The position numbers and the translations under genes were made by a program. The notes under the pieces were generated by a model that ran no database searches, was not told where the DNA came from, and saw only the letters and a list, made by a program, of their open reading frames with translations. Source: Squalus acanthias (taxonomy: Eukaryota). From it: a stretch of 64,000 bases of DNA. Below, piece after piece: positions 26,401 through 38,372 of this stretch. Every line of letters begins with the position of its first letter. Position 1 is the first letter of the stretch. The stretch is taken from contig JASTWF010000325.1 of the NCBI GenBank assembly GCA_030390025.1, positions 1-64,000 on the forward strand. The letters run 5' to 3'.

Positions 26401-27116
26401 GTGTACTGGAGACCCAGGCCCGGTGTGTACTGGAGACCCAGGCTCGGTGTGTACTGGAGACCCAGGCTCGGTGTGTACTGGAGACCCAGGCTCGGTGTGT
26501 ACTGGAGACCCAGGCTCGGTGTGTACTGGAGACCCAGGCTCGGTGTGTACTGGAGACCCAGGCTCGGTGTGTACTGGAGACCCAGGCTCGGTGTGTACTG
26601 GAGACCCAGGCTCGGTGTGTACTGGAGACCCAGGCTCGGTGTGTACTGGAGACCCAGGCTCGGTGTGTACTGGAGACCCAGGCTCGGTGTGTACTGAAGA
26701 CCCAGGCCCGGTGTGTACTGAAGGCCCAGGCCCGGTGTGTACTGGAGACCCAGGCCCGGTGTGTACTGGAGACCTAGGCTCGGTGTGTACTGGAGACCCA
26801 GGCTCGGTGTGTACTGGAGACCCAGGCCCGGTGTGTACTGGAGACCCAGGCCCGGTGTGTACTGGAGACCCAGGCCCGGTGTGTACTGAAGGCCCAGGCC
26901 CGGTGTGTACCGGAGACCCAGGCCCGGTGTGTACCGGAGACCCAGGCCCGGTGTGTACCGGAGACCCAGGCCCGGTGTGTACCGCAGGCCCAGGCCCGGT
27001 GTGTACCGCAGGCCCAGGCCCGGTGTGTACTGGAGACCCAGGCCCGGTGTGTACTGGAGACCCAGGCGTGGTGTGTACTGCAGGCCCAGGCCTGGTGTGT
27101 ACTGCAGGCCCAGGCA
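23454..27116. repeat. 24-bp minisatellite (CTGGAGACCCAGGCCCGGTGTGTA)n, ~150 units, with higher-order duplications
   Basis: 8-aa periodicity in the ORF track; diagnostic variants recur at fixed spacings. Confidence 0.97.
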
Positions 27117-27117
27117 C

Positions 27118-27695
27118 GGAGGTTTGGGGGGCTCTGTGGATCTCGGGGGTTTGGGGGGCTCTGTGGATCTCGGGGGTTTGGGGGGCTCTGTGGATCTCGG
27201 GGGTTTGGGGATACTGTGGATCTCGGGGGTTTGGGGGGCTCTGTGGATCTCGGGGGTTTGGGGGCTCTGTGGATCTCGGGCGTTTGGGGGGCTCTGTGGC
27301 TCTCGGGGGTTTGGGGGGCTCTGTGGATCTCGGGGGTTTGGGGGGCTCTGTGGATCTCGGGGGTTTGGGAGGCTCTGTGGATCTCGGGGGTTTGGGGGGC
27401 TCTGTGGATCTCGGGGGTTTGGGGGGCTCTGTGGATCTTGGGGGTTTGAGGGGCTTTGTGGATCTTGGGGGTTTGGGGGGCTCTGTGGATCTCGGGGGTT
27501 TGGGGGCTCTGTGGATCTCGGGGGTTTGGGGGCTCTGTGGATTTCGGGGGTTTGGGGGCTCTGTGGATCTCGGGGGTTTGGGGGCTCTGTGGATTTTGGG
27601 GGTTTGGGGCTCTGTGGATCTCAGGGGTTTGGGGGCTCTGTGGATTTCGGGGGTTTGGGGGGCTCTGTGGATCTCGGGGGTTTGGGGGCACTGTG
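27118..27695. repeat. 28-29-bp G-rich minisatellite (GGGGGTTTGGGGGGCTCTGTGGATCTC-like)
   Basis: Direct inspection. Confidence 0.93.
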
Positions 27696-28167
27696 GAAAC
27701 CCCACCCCTCAATGACGGGCAGGTCCCTGGGTGTCCAGCTCCATGGGGTATGTGGGCACCGGGGATGAGCCAATGGCTCCATGCAAATGAGGTGTCTGCC
27801 TTCAATCTCTGCAAACTCAGGCAGGGGTCGGGCTGTGGGTCATGAGCAGACCCAGCCCCCGTATAACCGGCAGGATTGCGGGCTGCTGATTCGTGGGGAC
27901 TCTGATATGGATCAGACCAAGCAGAGAGCTGTCAGTGAACATTGTAATCTGGACAGGGGAAGGGAGGAATATGGGGCCCAATCCCTTTCCACCCAGTTTC
28001 CGATCCTGCCTGGCCTCACTGAGCAATTCCCAAGGAGGACTGGTGGCATGCTGGGCTCCCCTGGGAATCCTGCCATTTCCACCCCGCGCATGTCCCGCTT
28101 TAAGTACACCTGCATGAAGCAGTTTAAAGTGGGCCCCACATGTTGTGTCTCAATGGTCATTACTGGT

Positions 28168-28452
28168 CTAAACATTCACTCCCTCCACCACCTAGCAGGA
28201 CATGGGCAGCAGGCGCATGGGAACACCACCACCTCCAAGTTTACCCTCCAAATCACACACCATCCTGACTTGGAAATATATCGTCACTGGGTCTAAATCC
28301 TGGAACTCCCTCCCTAACAGCACTGTGGGAGCACCTTCACCACACGGACTGCAGCGGTTCAAGAAGGCGGCTCACCACCACCTTCTCAAGGGCAATTAGG
28401 GACGGGCAATAAATGCTGGCCTTGCTACATCCCAAGAGTGAATAAATAAAAA
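28168..28452 (+). mobile_element. Poly(A)-tailed LINE 3' fragment (same family as 37106-38372)
   Basis: Shares AAATCCTGGAACTCCCTCCCTAACAGCACTGTGGG..AATAAATGCTGG. Confidence 0.8.
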
Positions 28453-28967
28453 AGATTAATTTTAAGGAAAGAATGTGGCAAGACAGTGAGAAGATAAAGT
28501 GGTAGGAGTGAGTGAAGCTGGTGGAGTGAGGTGAGGGCGGAGGGTTGGAGATCAGTACTGGAACAGGCACCTTGACACTGGGAGACTGGCAGGTGGGGAG
28601 TGAGTGATGTTAGATGCCCCTCCCTTAGCTCAGGTTGTTGATGTCAGTGTAGTGCCGAATCCCGTAAACCAATAGCATTTGTATTTTGCTTTTTCCTCTA
28701 AGTCACTGACTTAATGCCCTGTAGCTGGATAGAACTGGGCCACCTTCCCAAAACTGACAACCAGGCTGGTCCCTGCAGCATGAAATACTAGAAACTTGTA
28801 CAGCCTGAGGCAACCACAGCTAATCTGAGGCTGCTCCAGTCTCTCACGCTATCAGCCTGCGTGTGTTGACGAATGTGATGATGGAAATAGAGCCCCTCTC
28901 AGATATTAACACAACCTTCCCAGGCAACTTGCTGATCCGATGCTGTCAGTTTCAAGCCAGGCGGGGT

Positions 28968-29165
28968 GGGTTCCTGGGATGGGGGCATTGTCCTATGAGG
29001 AGAGATTGAGTAGACTAGGCCTACATTCCCCAGAGTTCAGCAGAATGAGAGGTGATCTCATTGAAACATATAAGATTCTGAGAGGGATTGACAGGGTAGA
29101 TGCTGAGAGGATGTTTCCCCTGGCTGGAGAGTCTAGAACCAGGGAGCATAGTCTCAGGATAAGGG
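28968..29165 (+). mobile_element. CR1 ORF2 fragment
   Basis: LSYEERLSRLGL..RMRGDLIETYKIL. Confidence 0.85.
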
Positions 29166-29249
29166 CTCCCCCCAGTGACCTAGACAATATTTATCAATAT
29201 GAGAGCTTGCGGGAGACCCGAGGATCATAAATACGGCGCAGGAACGCAA

Positions 29250-30046
29250 AGTCTGAGTCCCAGTACAGGGAAATGTCAGACTGTCACTCTGAGTCTCAGT
29301 ACAGGGAGATGTCAGACTGTCACTCTGAGTCCCAGTACAGGGAAATGTCAGACTGTCACTCTGAGTCTCAGTACAGGGAGATGTCAGACTGTCACTCTGA
29401 GTCTCAGTACAGGGAGATGTCAGACTGTCACTCTGAGTCCCAGTACAGGGAGATGTCAGACTGTCACTCTGAGTCTCAGTACAGGGAGATGTCAGACTGT
29501 CACTCTGAGTCTCAGTACAGGGAGATGTCAGACTGTCACTCTGAGTCTCAGTACAGGGAGATGTCAGACTGTCACTCTGAGTGTCAGTACAGGGAGATGT
29601 CAGACTGTCACTCTGAGTGTCAGTACAGGGAGATGTCAGACTGTCACTCTGAGTCTCAGTACAGGGAGATGTCAGACTGTCACTCTGAGTGTCAGTACAG
29701 GGAGATGTCAGACTGTCACTCTGAGTGTCAGTACAGGGAGATGTCAGACTGTCACTCTGAGTCTCAGTCCAGGGAGATGTCAGACTGTCACTCTGAGTCT
29801 CAGTCCAGGGAGATGTCAGACTGTCACTCTGAGTCTCAGTACAGGGAGATGTCAGACTGTCACTCTGAGTGTCAGTACAGGGAGATGTCAGACTGTCACT
29901 CTGAGTCCCAGTACAGGGAGATGTCAGACTGTCACTCTGAGTCTCAGTACAGGGAGATGTCAGACTGTCACTCTGAGTCCCAGTACAGGGAGATGTCAGA
30001 CTGTCACTCTGAGTCCCAGTACAGGGAGATGTCAGACTGTCACTTT
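29250..30046. repeat. 36-bp minisatellite (AGTACAGGGAGATGTCAGACTGTCACTCTGAGTCTC)n
   Basis: 12-aa periodicity in the ORF track. Confidence 0.95.
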
Positions 30047-30474
30047 AAATATCACATGGACGAGGTCATTCTTAATTGGAGGACTGGTATTTCCCACTGT
30101 TTAATGGTTTTGTCGATTTCATTCATGTTTTGGACAAAGGGAAAGTACAGGAAAAAAATTAGAAGAAAGAATCGGGATGATATCAGAATTAAGAGCTCTA
30201 AGTTACACAACAGCATTGAATGCCGATTAATGAGCAGTTTACAGTGTCTGGCCTTATTTAAATGAAAGAAGGAAATGAGGGACGTTTGATAGTTTAGGGA
30301 GGAAAATCTGTGATGAGATGGGCAGAGCTCGAGATTAACTCCCTCCCTCCTGCTGATTTACAGAACTGTTGGAGACTATCCGTGTGTAACAATGGTTCAT
30401 GGCCCTCCCTGGACAAGCACTCTCACTATACATTCACTAGAGGAGTCAGTGAACACCAAGGGTTAAAGAGCATA

Positions 30475-31100
30475 GGGTCTCTCTCAGAGTGGAGTCCCTC
30501 AGAGTGAGGGGTCTCTCAGAGTGAGGGGTCTCTCTCAGTGGGGGGTTTCTCAGTGGGGGGTCTCTCAGTGGGGGGTCTCTCAGTGAGGGGTTTCTCAGTA
30601 GGGGGTCTCTCAGTGGGGGTCTCTCAGTGGGGGTCTCTCAGTGAGGGGTCTCTCAGTGGGGGGTCTCTCAGTGGGGGGTCTCTCAGTGAGGGGTCTCTCA
30701 GTGGCGGGTCTCTCAGTGGGGGGTCTCTCAGTGGCGGGTCTCTCAGAGTGGGGGGTCTCTCAGAGTGAGGGGTCTCTCAGTGGGGGTCTCTCAGAGTGAG
30801 GAGTCTCTCAGTGGGGGGTCTCTCAGTGGGGGGTCTCTCAGTGGGGGGTCTCTCTCAGTGGGGGGTCTCTCAGTGAGGGGTCTCTCAGTGGGGGGTCTCT
30901 CAGTGGGGGGTCTCTCAGTGGGGGGTCTCTCAGTGGGGGGTCTCTCAGAGTGGGGGGTCTCTCAGAGTGAGGAGTCTCTCAGTGGGGGGTCTCTCAGTGG
31001 GGGGTCTCTCAGTGGGGGGTCTCTCTCAGTGGGGGGTCTCTCAATGGGGGGTCTCTCAGTGGGGGGTCTCTCAGTGGGGGGTCTCTCTCAGTGGGGGGTC
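30475..31100. repeat. ~15-bp G-rich minisatellite (TCTCTCAGTGGGGGG)n
   Basis: Direct inspection. Confidence 0.93.
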
Positions 31101-31407
31101 CTATTAGATAGAATCATAGAATAGTACAGCACAAAGGGAGGCCACTCGGCCCATCGAGTCTGCGCCGGCTCTTTCAAAGAGCGATCCAGTTAGTTCCACT
31201 TCCCCTTCTTTCCCCATGACCCAGCATTTTTTTCTTCTTGAAGTATTTATCCAATTCCCTTTTGAAAGCTACTATTGAATCTGTTTCCGAGCAGGCAGTG
31301 CATTCTAAATCCTAACCACTCATTGCATAAAAAAGTTTTTCCTCAATAACAACAGAAAACGCTGGAAAAACTCAGCAGGCCAGGCAGCATCCGTGGAGAG
31401 AGAAACA

Positions 31408-31447
31408 GAGTTAACGTTTCAGGTCGATGACCTTTCATCAGAACTGG
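31408..31447 (-). ncRNA. Minimal type I hammerhead ribozyme in the Penelope terminal repeat
   Basis: Minus strand reads AGTT-CTGATGA-A-AGGTC-ATC-GACCT-GAAAC-GTTA-ACT. Confidence 0.8.
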
Positions 31448-31632
31448 AAAAAAGCAGAAAATGGAACAGATTTTAAAGCAGGTTTAGGGGCTGGGAAATG
31501 GGGGAGGGGATGAAAGAACAAAAGGGAAGGTCATTGATAGGATAGAAAGCAGGAGAGATTGAGAGACATTGAGAGACAGTAAGAGATATTCAAGACAAGA
31601 GGAGGTGGTAATGTGACAGGTTAAGGAACAAA

Positions 31633-32527
31633 GGGGGAAAAATTCAGTTGGTTGCGCCTCCCGTTAGTGCCTTAAGAGGGCGCTAATGGGGCGCAAAGCA
31701 ACTAGTGCCCGGGCGCGGCGATGTTTGCGCCACTCGCGAAATTAACTAGACATTTTGCGGTAGCGCTAAACACTACCGCCACGATCTCCTGCGCCGGCAG
31801 ATCGTGACGTCAGTCGAGTGCGCAACGCCCCGGTAGCGCCCCGGAGCGGATATTGAGTGGCGCCCCCTGCCTTACCGCCTGCCGCTAGCAACGACAGGTT
31901 GAGGGGAGCGTTTTGCAGTCAGGAACCGACTGGGGGAGCGTTATTTAAAGGCGACCGCTTCCTGCCTTTTTTTGTTGGTGACATTTTTGAACCACGTAAT
32001 CTGAGAGAGAGAGAGAGAGAGACTTCTGGAGAGATTCAACGCTGTGTGAAGGAGTTTTGGGTACTGAGCAGCACTTTGCAGATTCATTTTGATTTGCCCT
32101 TCCTTGTATCGATTTAGAAGAGACTGTGGGGGCTACACTCTGAGCTCTTTCCCTGGGCCGCTCCATTGTTCTTTCCAGCAGATTTGATGTACAGGTCTCT
32201 CCAGGCCGAGATTCAAGGCTGCAATGAGCAGGATGTGGATGGAAAGCAAGATCAACCCTCCCCTTTAAGAACTGGCTGGCGTCATTGTGTCTGTGTTTCA
32301 TTGCTGACTGACATCACATGAGCTTCGCCAGCGGTCTGAGTTAGCGCCTCGCTCCTCGGCATTTGCGCCTTAAGACAGATGTGTAGCGCCTGATTTAGAG
32401 CTCCAATCACCTCCAGGGGCGATAAAAGTCAAGTTTGCAGTCGGTGGCGATAATTAGCGCCAGACGCTAATCTTTGCGACCGACCGATAATTGTGCCCCA
32501 AACGGGGCGATACTGAATTTCTCCCCC
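31633..32527. mobile_element. 895-bp non-autonomous Harbinger internal-deletion derivative
   Basis: TIRs GGGGGAAAAATTCAG / CTGAATTTCTCCCCC; both ends homologous to copies A, B and C; AAA TSD. Confidence 0.9.
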
Positions 32528-32704
32528 AAAGGATGGCTCTAGATGAAGTGTGAAATGCGCTGGCAGAATGAAGGACAGCTGCCATGTGTGAGGAAAGAAA
32601 AAAAGGCCAAACAAACAGTGTGGATGAAAAATATATATATATAAATGTGATAGGGGCCGAGGTTATGATCTGAAATTGTTGAACTCGATGTTGAGTCCAG
32701 AGGG

Positions 32705-34282
32705 CTATAGAGTGCCTAATCGAAAGATGAGGTGCTGTTCCTCGAGCTTACGCTGCGCTTCCGTGGAACAGTGTAAGAGGCCGAGGACGGTGAGGTCAGA
32801 GTGGGAGTGAAGCGGTGAATTAAAGTGACAGGCCACCGGGAGCTCGGGGTCTCCCTTACGGACTGAACGGAGGTGTTCCGCAAAGCAGTCACCCAATCTG
32901 CGTTTGGTCTCCCCAGTGTAGAGGAGATCACATCGTGAGCAGCGAATACAGTATACTAGATTGCAAGAAGTACAAGTAATTCGCTGTTTCACCTGGAAGG
33001 GGTGTTTGGGGCCCTGGACAGTGGGAAGGGGGGAGGTATAAGGGCATGTGTTGCATCTCCTGCGCTTGCACGGGAAGGTGCCGGGCGAAGGGGAAGGGGT
33101 GCTGGGGGTGGTAGAGGAGTGGACTAGGGTGTCGTGGAGGGAGCAGTCCCTACGGAATGCTGAAAGAGGAGGTGAGGGGAAGATGCGTTTGGTGGTGGGA
33201 TCACGCTGGAGGTGGCGGAAATGGCGGAGGATAATCCGTTGAATGTGGAGGCTGGTGGGGTGAAAGGTGAGGACAAGGGGAACCCTATCGTGGTTCCGGG
33301 AGGGAAGGGCAGGGGTGAGGGCAGAAGTGCGGGAGATAGAACGGACACGGTCGAGGGCCGTGTCAACCACAGTAGAGGGGAATCCTCGGTTGAGGAAAAA
33401 GGAAGACATGTCGGAAGCATTGGTATGGAAGGTGGCATTGTCAGAGCAGATGCGGTGGAGACAGAGAAACTGGGAGAATGGAATAGAGTCCTTACAGGAG
33501 GCGGGGTGGGAGGAAGTGTAGTCCAGGTAGCTGTGGGAGTCAGTGGGCTTGTAGTGAATGTTTGTCAATAACCTATCCCCAGAGATGGAGACGAAGAAGT
33601 CGAGGAAGGGAAGGGAAGAGTCGGAGATGGACCATGTGAAGGTGAGGGAAGGGTGGAAATTGGAAGCAAAGTGAATGACATTTTCTAGTTCAGGGCGAGA
33701 GCAGGAAACGGCACCGATACAGTCATCAATGTACCGGAAAAAGAGGTGAGGGAGGGGACCCGAGTAGGACTGGAACAAAGAGTGTTCCACATATCCCACG
33801 AAAAGGCAGGCATAGCTATGACCCATGCGAGTACCCATAGCAACACCTTTGATTTGGAGGAAATGAGTGGAGTCAAAGGAGAAGTTGTTCAATGTGAGAA
33901 CAAGTTCAGCCAGGCGGAGGAGGGTGGTGGTGGATGGGGACTGGTTGGGCCTCTGTTCAAGGAAGAAGCGGAGCGCCCTCAGGCCATCCTGGTGGGGGAT
34001 GGAGGTGTAGAGGGATTGTACGTCCATAGTGAAAAGGAGGTGGTTGGGGCCGGGAAACTGGAAACTGTTAAAGTGGCGGAGGGCGTCGGAAGAGTCGCGG
34101 ATGTAGGTGGGAAGAGACTGGCCAAGGGGAGAAAAAATAGAGTCGAGATAGGAAGAGATAAGTTCCGTGGGGCAAGAACAGGCTGAAACGATGGGTCTAC
34201 CAGGGCAGTCCTGTTTGTGGATCTTGGGAAGGAGGTAGAAGCGGGCTGTGTGGGGTTGGGGAACTATGAGGTTGGCGGCCAT
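32705..34282 (-). CDS. Penelope RT / GIY-YIG endonuclease (5' part frameshifted, extends to ~34670)
   Basis: 525-aa ORF with the motifs above; IKPADKGG lies in the upstream frame. Confidence 0.85.
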   Translation of the reverse strand: MAANLIVPQPHTARFYLLPKIHKQDCPGRPIVSACSCPTELISSYLDSIFSPLGQSLPTYIRDSSDALRHFNSFQFPGPNHLLFTMDVQSLYTSIPHQDGLRALRFFLEQRPNQSPSTTTLLRLAELVLTLNNFSFDSTHFLQIKGVAMGTRMGHSYACLFVGYVEHSLFQSYSGPLPHLFFRYIDDCIGAVSCSRPELENVIHFASNFHPSLTFTWSISDSSLPFLDFFVSISGDRLLTNIHYKPTDSHSYLDYTSSHPASCKDSIPFSQFLCLHRICSDNATFHTNASDMSSFFLNRGFPSTVVDTALDRVRSISRTSALTPALPSRNHDRVPLVLTFHPTSLHIQRIILRHFRHLQRDPTTKRIFPSPPLSAFRRDCSLHDTLVHSSTTPSTPSPSPGTFPCKRRRCNTCPYTSPLPTVQGPKHPFQVKQRITCTSCNLVYCIRCSRCDLLYTGETKRRLGDCFAEHLRSVRKGDPELPVACHFNSPLHSHSDLTVLGLLHCSTEAQRKLEEQHLIFRLGTL

Positions 34283-35513
34283 GGGGGAAAGATCTCCAGA
34301 GGAGATGAGGTCAGTGACAGTCTTGGAAACGGTGGCTTGATGTTTGGTAGTGGGGTCATGGTCCAGGTGGAGGTACGAGGAGGTGCGGAGAGTTGGCGTT
34401 CAGCTTCCGCTAGTTAGAGGTCGGTTCGCCAAACAACAACAGCACCACCCTTGTCAGCAGGTTTAATGACAATGTCGGGGTTGGATCTGAGAGAATGGAG
34501 TGCTGCAAGTTCAGAGGGAGGTAGGTTGGAGTGAGTGAGGGGAGAAGAGAAATGGAGACGGCCGATGTCACGATGGCAGTTTGCAATGAAAAGATCTAGA
34601 GAGGGTAAGAGGCCAGAGGGAGGGGTCCAGGTAGAACGAGAATTCTGAAAGCGGGAGAAAGGGTCAGCCGTGCGGGCTGAACTTCCGTGGAACAATGCAA
34701 GAGGCCGAGGACGGTGAGGTCAGAGTGGGAATGGAGCGGAGAATTAAAGTGACAGGCCACCGGGAGCTCGGGGTCCCCCTTACGGACTGAACGGAGGTGT
34801 TCCGCAAAGCGGTCACCCAATCTGCGTTTGGTCTCCCCAGTGTAGAGGAGACCGCATCGTGAGCAGCAAATACAGTATACTAAATTGCAAGAAGTACAAG
34901 TAAATCGCTGTTTCACCTGGAAGAGGTGTTTGGGGCCCTGGACAGTGGGAAGGGGGGAGGTATAAGGGCATGTGTTGCATCTCCTGCGCTTGCCTGGGAA
35001 GGTGCCAGGCGAAGGGGAAGGGGAGCTGGGGGTGGTAGAGGAGTAGACTAGGGTGTTGCGGAGGGAGCGGTCCCTGCGGAATGCTGAAAGAGGAGGTAAG
35101 AGGAGCGTAAGCTCGAGGAACAGTACCTCATCTTTCGATTAGGCACCCGACAGCCCTCTGGACTCAACATAGAGTTCAACAATTTCAGATCATAACCTCG
35201 GCCCCTATCACATATATATTTTTTATCCACACTTTTTGTTTGGCCTTTTTTCTTCCCTCCCACATGGCAGCTGTCCTTCATTCTGCCAGCGCAATTCACA
35301 CTTCATCTAGAGCCATCCTTTGTTCCTTAACCTGTCCCATTACCACCTCCTCTTGTCTTGAATATCTCTTAATATCTCTTAATGTCTCTCAATGTCTCTC
35401 AATCTCTCCTGCCTTCCATCCTATCACAGACCTTCCCTTTTGTTCTTTCATCCCCTCCCCCATTTCCCAGCCCCTAAACCTGCTTTAAAATCTGTTCCAT
35501 TTCCTGCTTTTTT

Positions 35514-35553
35514 CCAGTTCTGACGAAAGGTCTTCGACCTGAAACGTTAACTC
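35514..35553 (+). ncRNA. Minimal type I hammerhead ribozyme in the inverted Penelope repeat
   Basis: AGTT-CTGACGA-A-AGGTC-TTC-GACCT-GAAAC-GTTA-ACT. Confidence 0.8.
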
Positions 35554-37105
35554 TGTTTCTCTCTCCACGGATGCTGCCTGGCCTGTTGAGTTTCTCCAGC
35601 GTTTTCTGTTGTTATTTCGGATTTCCAGCATCCGCAGTATTTTGCTATTGTAAAAGTTTTTCCTCATGTCGCCTCTGGTTCTTTTGCCAATCACCTTAAA
35701 TCTGTGCCCTCTGATTATCGACCCTTCAGCCATTGGAAACAGTTTCTCTTTATTTACTCTATCTAAATCCGTCATGATTTTGAACACCTCTATCAGATGT
35801 GCTCTTAGCCATCTCTGCTCTTATGAGAACAACCCCAGCTTCTCCAGTCTATCCATGTAACTGAAGTCCCTCATCCCTGGAACCATTCGAGTAAATCTCT
35901 TCTGTACCCTTCACGTCCTTCCTAAAGTGCGGTGCCCAGAATTGGACACAATACTCCAGCTGGGGCCGAACTAGTGTTTTATAAAGGTTTAGCACAACTT
36001 CCTGGCTTTTGTACTCTCTGCCTCTATTTATAAAGCCCAGGATCCAATTTGCTTTATTAACGGCTTTGTTAACCTGTCCTGCCACCTTCTAACACCCCCA
36101 GGTCTCTCTGTTCTTGCACCCCCTTTATAATTGTGCCAATTACCTTGTATTGTCTCTCCTTATTCTTCCTACCAAAATGTATCACCTCACACTTTTCTGC
36201 GTTGAATTTCATCTGCCATGTGTCTGCCCATTCCACCAGCCTGTCTATGTCCTCTTGAAATCTATTACTGTCTTCCTCACTGTTTATGACACTTCCAAGT
36301 TTCATGTCGTCTGTAAATTTCAAAAGTGTGCCCTGTATCTCCAAGTTCAAGTCATTAATGTATATCAAAACCAGCAGTGGTCCCAGTACTGAACCTTGGG
36401 GAACTCCACTGTATACCTTCCTCCAGTCCAAAAAACAGCCATTCACCACCACTCTCTGTTTTCTATCTCTTAGCCAAGTTTGTATCCGTGCTGCTACTGC
36501 CCCTTTTATCCCATGGGCTTCAATTTTGCCAACAAGCCAAATATATGGTACTTTATCAAACACCTTTTGAAAGTCCAGATACACAACGTCAACTGCACTG
36601 CCCTCATCCATCCTCTCTGTTACCTCATCAAAAAACTCAATCAAGTTAGTCAAACATGATTTGCCCTTAACAAATCCGTGCTGGCTCTCCTTTATTAGTC
36701 CATGCTTGTCCAAGTGGCTGTTCATTTTTGCCCAGATTATGGTTTCTAAAAGTTTCCCCACCATCGACATTAAATGGACTAACCTGTAATTGCCGGGTTT
36801 ATCCTGCTCCCCTTTTTTGAACAAGGGTGTAACATTTGCAATCCTCCAGTCCTCTGGCCCTGTATCTAAGGAGGATTGGAAGATTGTGGCCAGCACCTCT
36901 GCAATTTCTACCCTTGCTTCCCTCAGCAACCTAGGATGCATCCCATCCGGACCGGGTGACTTATCCACTTTAAGTACTGCCAGTCTTTCTAGTACCTCCT
37001 CTTTATTCATTTTTATCTCGCCCATTATCCCGGCAGCCTCCTCGTTTACCGTAGCTTTGGCAAAGTCATCTTCCTTGGTCAACACTGATGCAAAGTACTC
37101 ATTTA

Positions 37106-38372
37106 CTCAGTTTGGGTTCTGCCAGGACCACTCGGCTCCAGACCTCATTACAGCCTTGATCCAAACATGGACAAAAGAGCTGAATCCTGGAGGTGAGGTG
37201 AGAGTGACTGCCCTTGACATCAAGGCAGCATTTGACTGAGTGTGGCATCAAGGAGCCCTAGTTAAATTGAAGTCAATGGGAATCAGGGGGAAAACTCTCC
37301 ACTGACTGGAGTCATACCTAGCACAATGGAAGATGGTTGTGGTTGTTGGAGGCCAATCATCTCAGCTCCAGGACATCACTGCAGGAGTTCCTCAGGGCAG
37401 TGTCCTAGGCCCAACCATCTTCAGCTGCTTCATCAATGACCATCTCTCCATCATAAAGTCAGAAATGGGGATGTTCGCTGATGATTGCACAGTGGTTAGT
37501 TCCATTCACAACTCCTCAGATAATGAAGCAGTCCATGCCCACAAACAGCAAGACCTGGACAACATTCAGGCTTGTGCTGATAAGTGGCAAGTAACATTCG
37601 CAGTGCCAGGCAATGAACATCTCCAACAAAAGAGAGTCTAACCATCAACCCTTGACATTCAATGGCAATACTGTCGTCGAATCCCCCACCATCAACATCT
37701 TGGGGGGTCACCATTGACCAGAACCTTAACTGGACCAGCCACATAAATACTATGGCAACAAGAGCAGGTCAGAGGCTGGGTATTCTGCGACGAAACACTC
37801 ACCTCCTGACTCCCCAAAGCCTTTCCACCATCTACAAGGCACAAGTCAGGAGTGTGATGGAATACTCTCCACTTGCTAGGATGAGAGCAGCTCCAACAAC
37901 ACTCAAGAAGCTTGACACCATCCAGGACAAAGTAGCCCGCTTGATTGGCATCCCATCCACCACCTGAAACATTCACTCCCTCCACCACTGGTGCACCGTG
38001 GCTGCAGTGTGTACCATCTACAAGATGCACTGCAGCAACTCGCCAAGGCTTCTTCGGCAGCACATCTCAAATCTGTGACCTCTACCACCTAGAAGGACAA
38101 GGGCAGCAGGCACACGGGAACACCACCACCTCCAAGTACCCCTCCAAGTCACACACCATCCTGACTTGGAAATATATCGCCATTCCTTCATCGTCGCTGG
38201 GTCAAAATCCTGGAACTCCCTCCCTAACAGCACTGTGGGAGTACCTTCACCTCACGGACTGCAGCGGTTCAAGTAGGCAGCTCACCAGCACCTTCTCAAG
38301 GGCAACTAGGGATGGGCAATAAATGCTGGCTTTGCCAGCGATGGCCAGATCCCATGAACGAATAAAAAAAAT
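37106..38372 (+). mobile_element. 5'-truncated poly(A)-tailed LINE (CR1/L2/Jockey-group RT)
   Basis: ALDIKAAFD, GVPQGSVLGP, MFADD, YKAQVRSVMEY; AATAAAAAAAA tail. Confidence 0.85.

Larger units (their letters stand above)
31346..35650 (-). mobile_element. Penelope-like element: RT plus GIY-YIG ORF, upstream partial tandem copy (34675-35100) and inverted terminal repeat (35100-35650)
   Basis: FYLLPKIHK, GRPIVS, MDVQSLYT, GVAMG, RYIDD, NLVYCI..YTGET; flanking duplication AAAAGTTTTTCCTCA at 31331-45 and 35652-66. Confidence 0.93.

Noticed and set aside
22799..27814. Very long ORFs (1638 aa, 1418 aa) with GDPGPVCT repeats, collagen- or mucin-like
   Set aside because: The 24-bp unit lacks stops in several frames on both strands; period 8 is not Gly-X-Y; no non-repeat domain or credible start
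27700..28150. ATGCAAAT octamer region as a promoter
   Set aside because: A single motif in what looks like a decayed repeat, with no associated gene
29199..30265. Repetitive ORFs (MSDCHSESQYRE)n
   Set aside because: By-product of a 36-bp minisatellite
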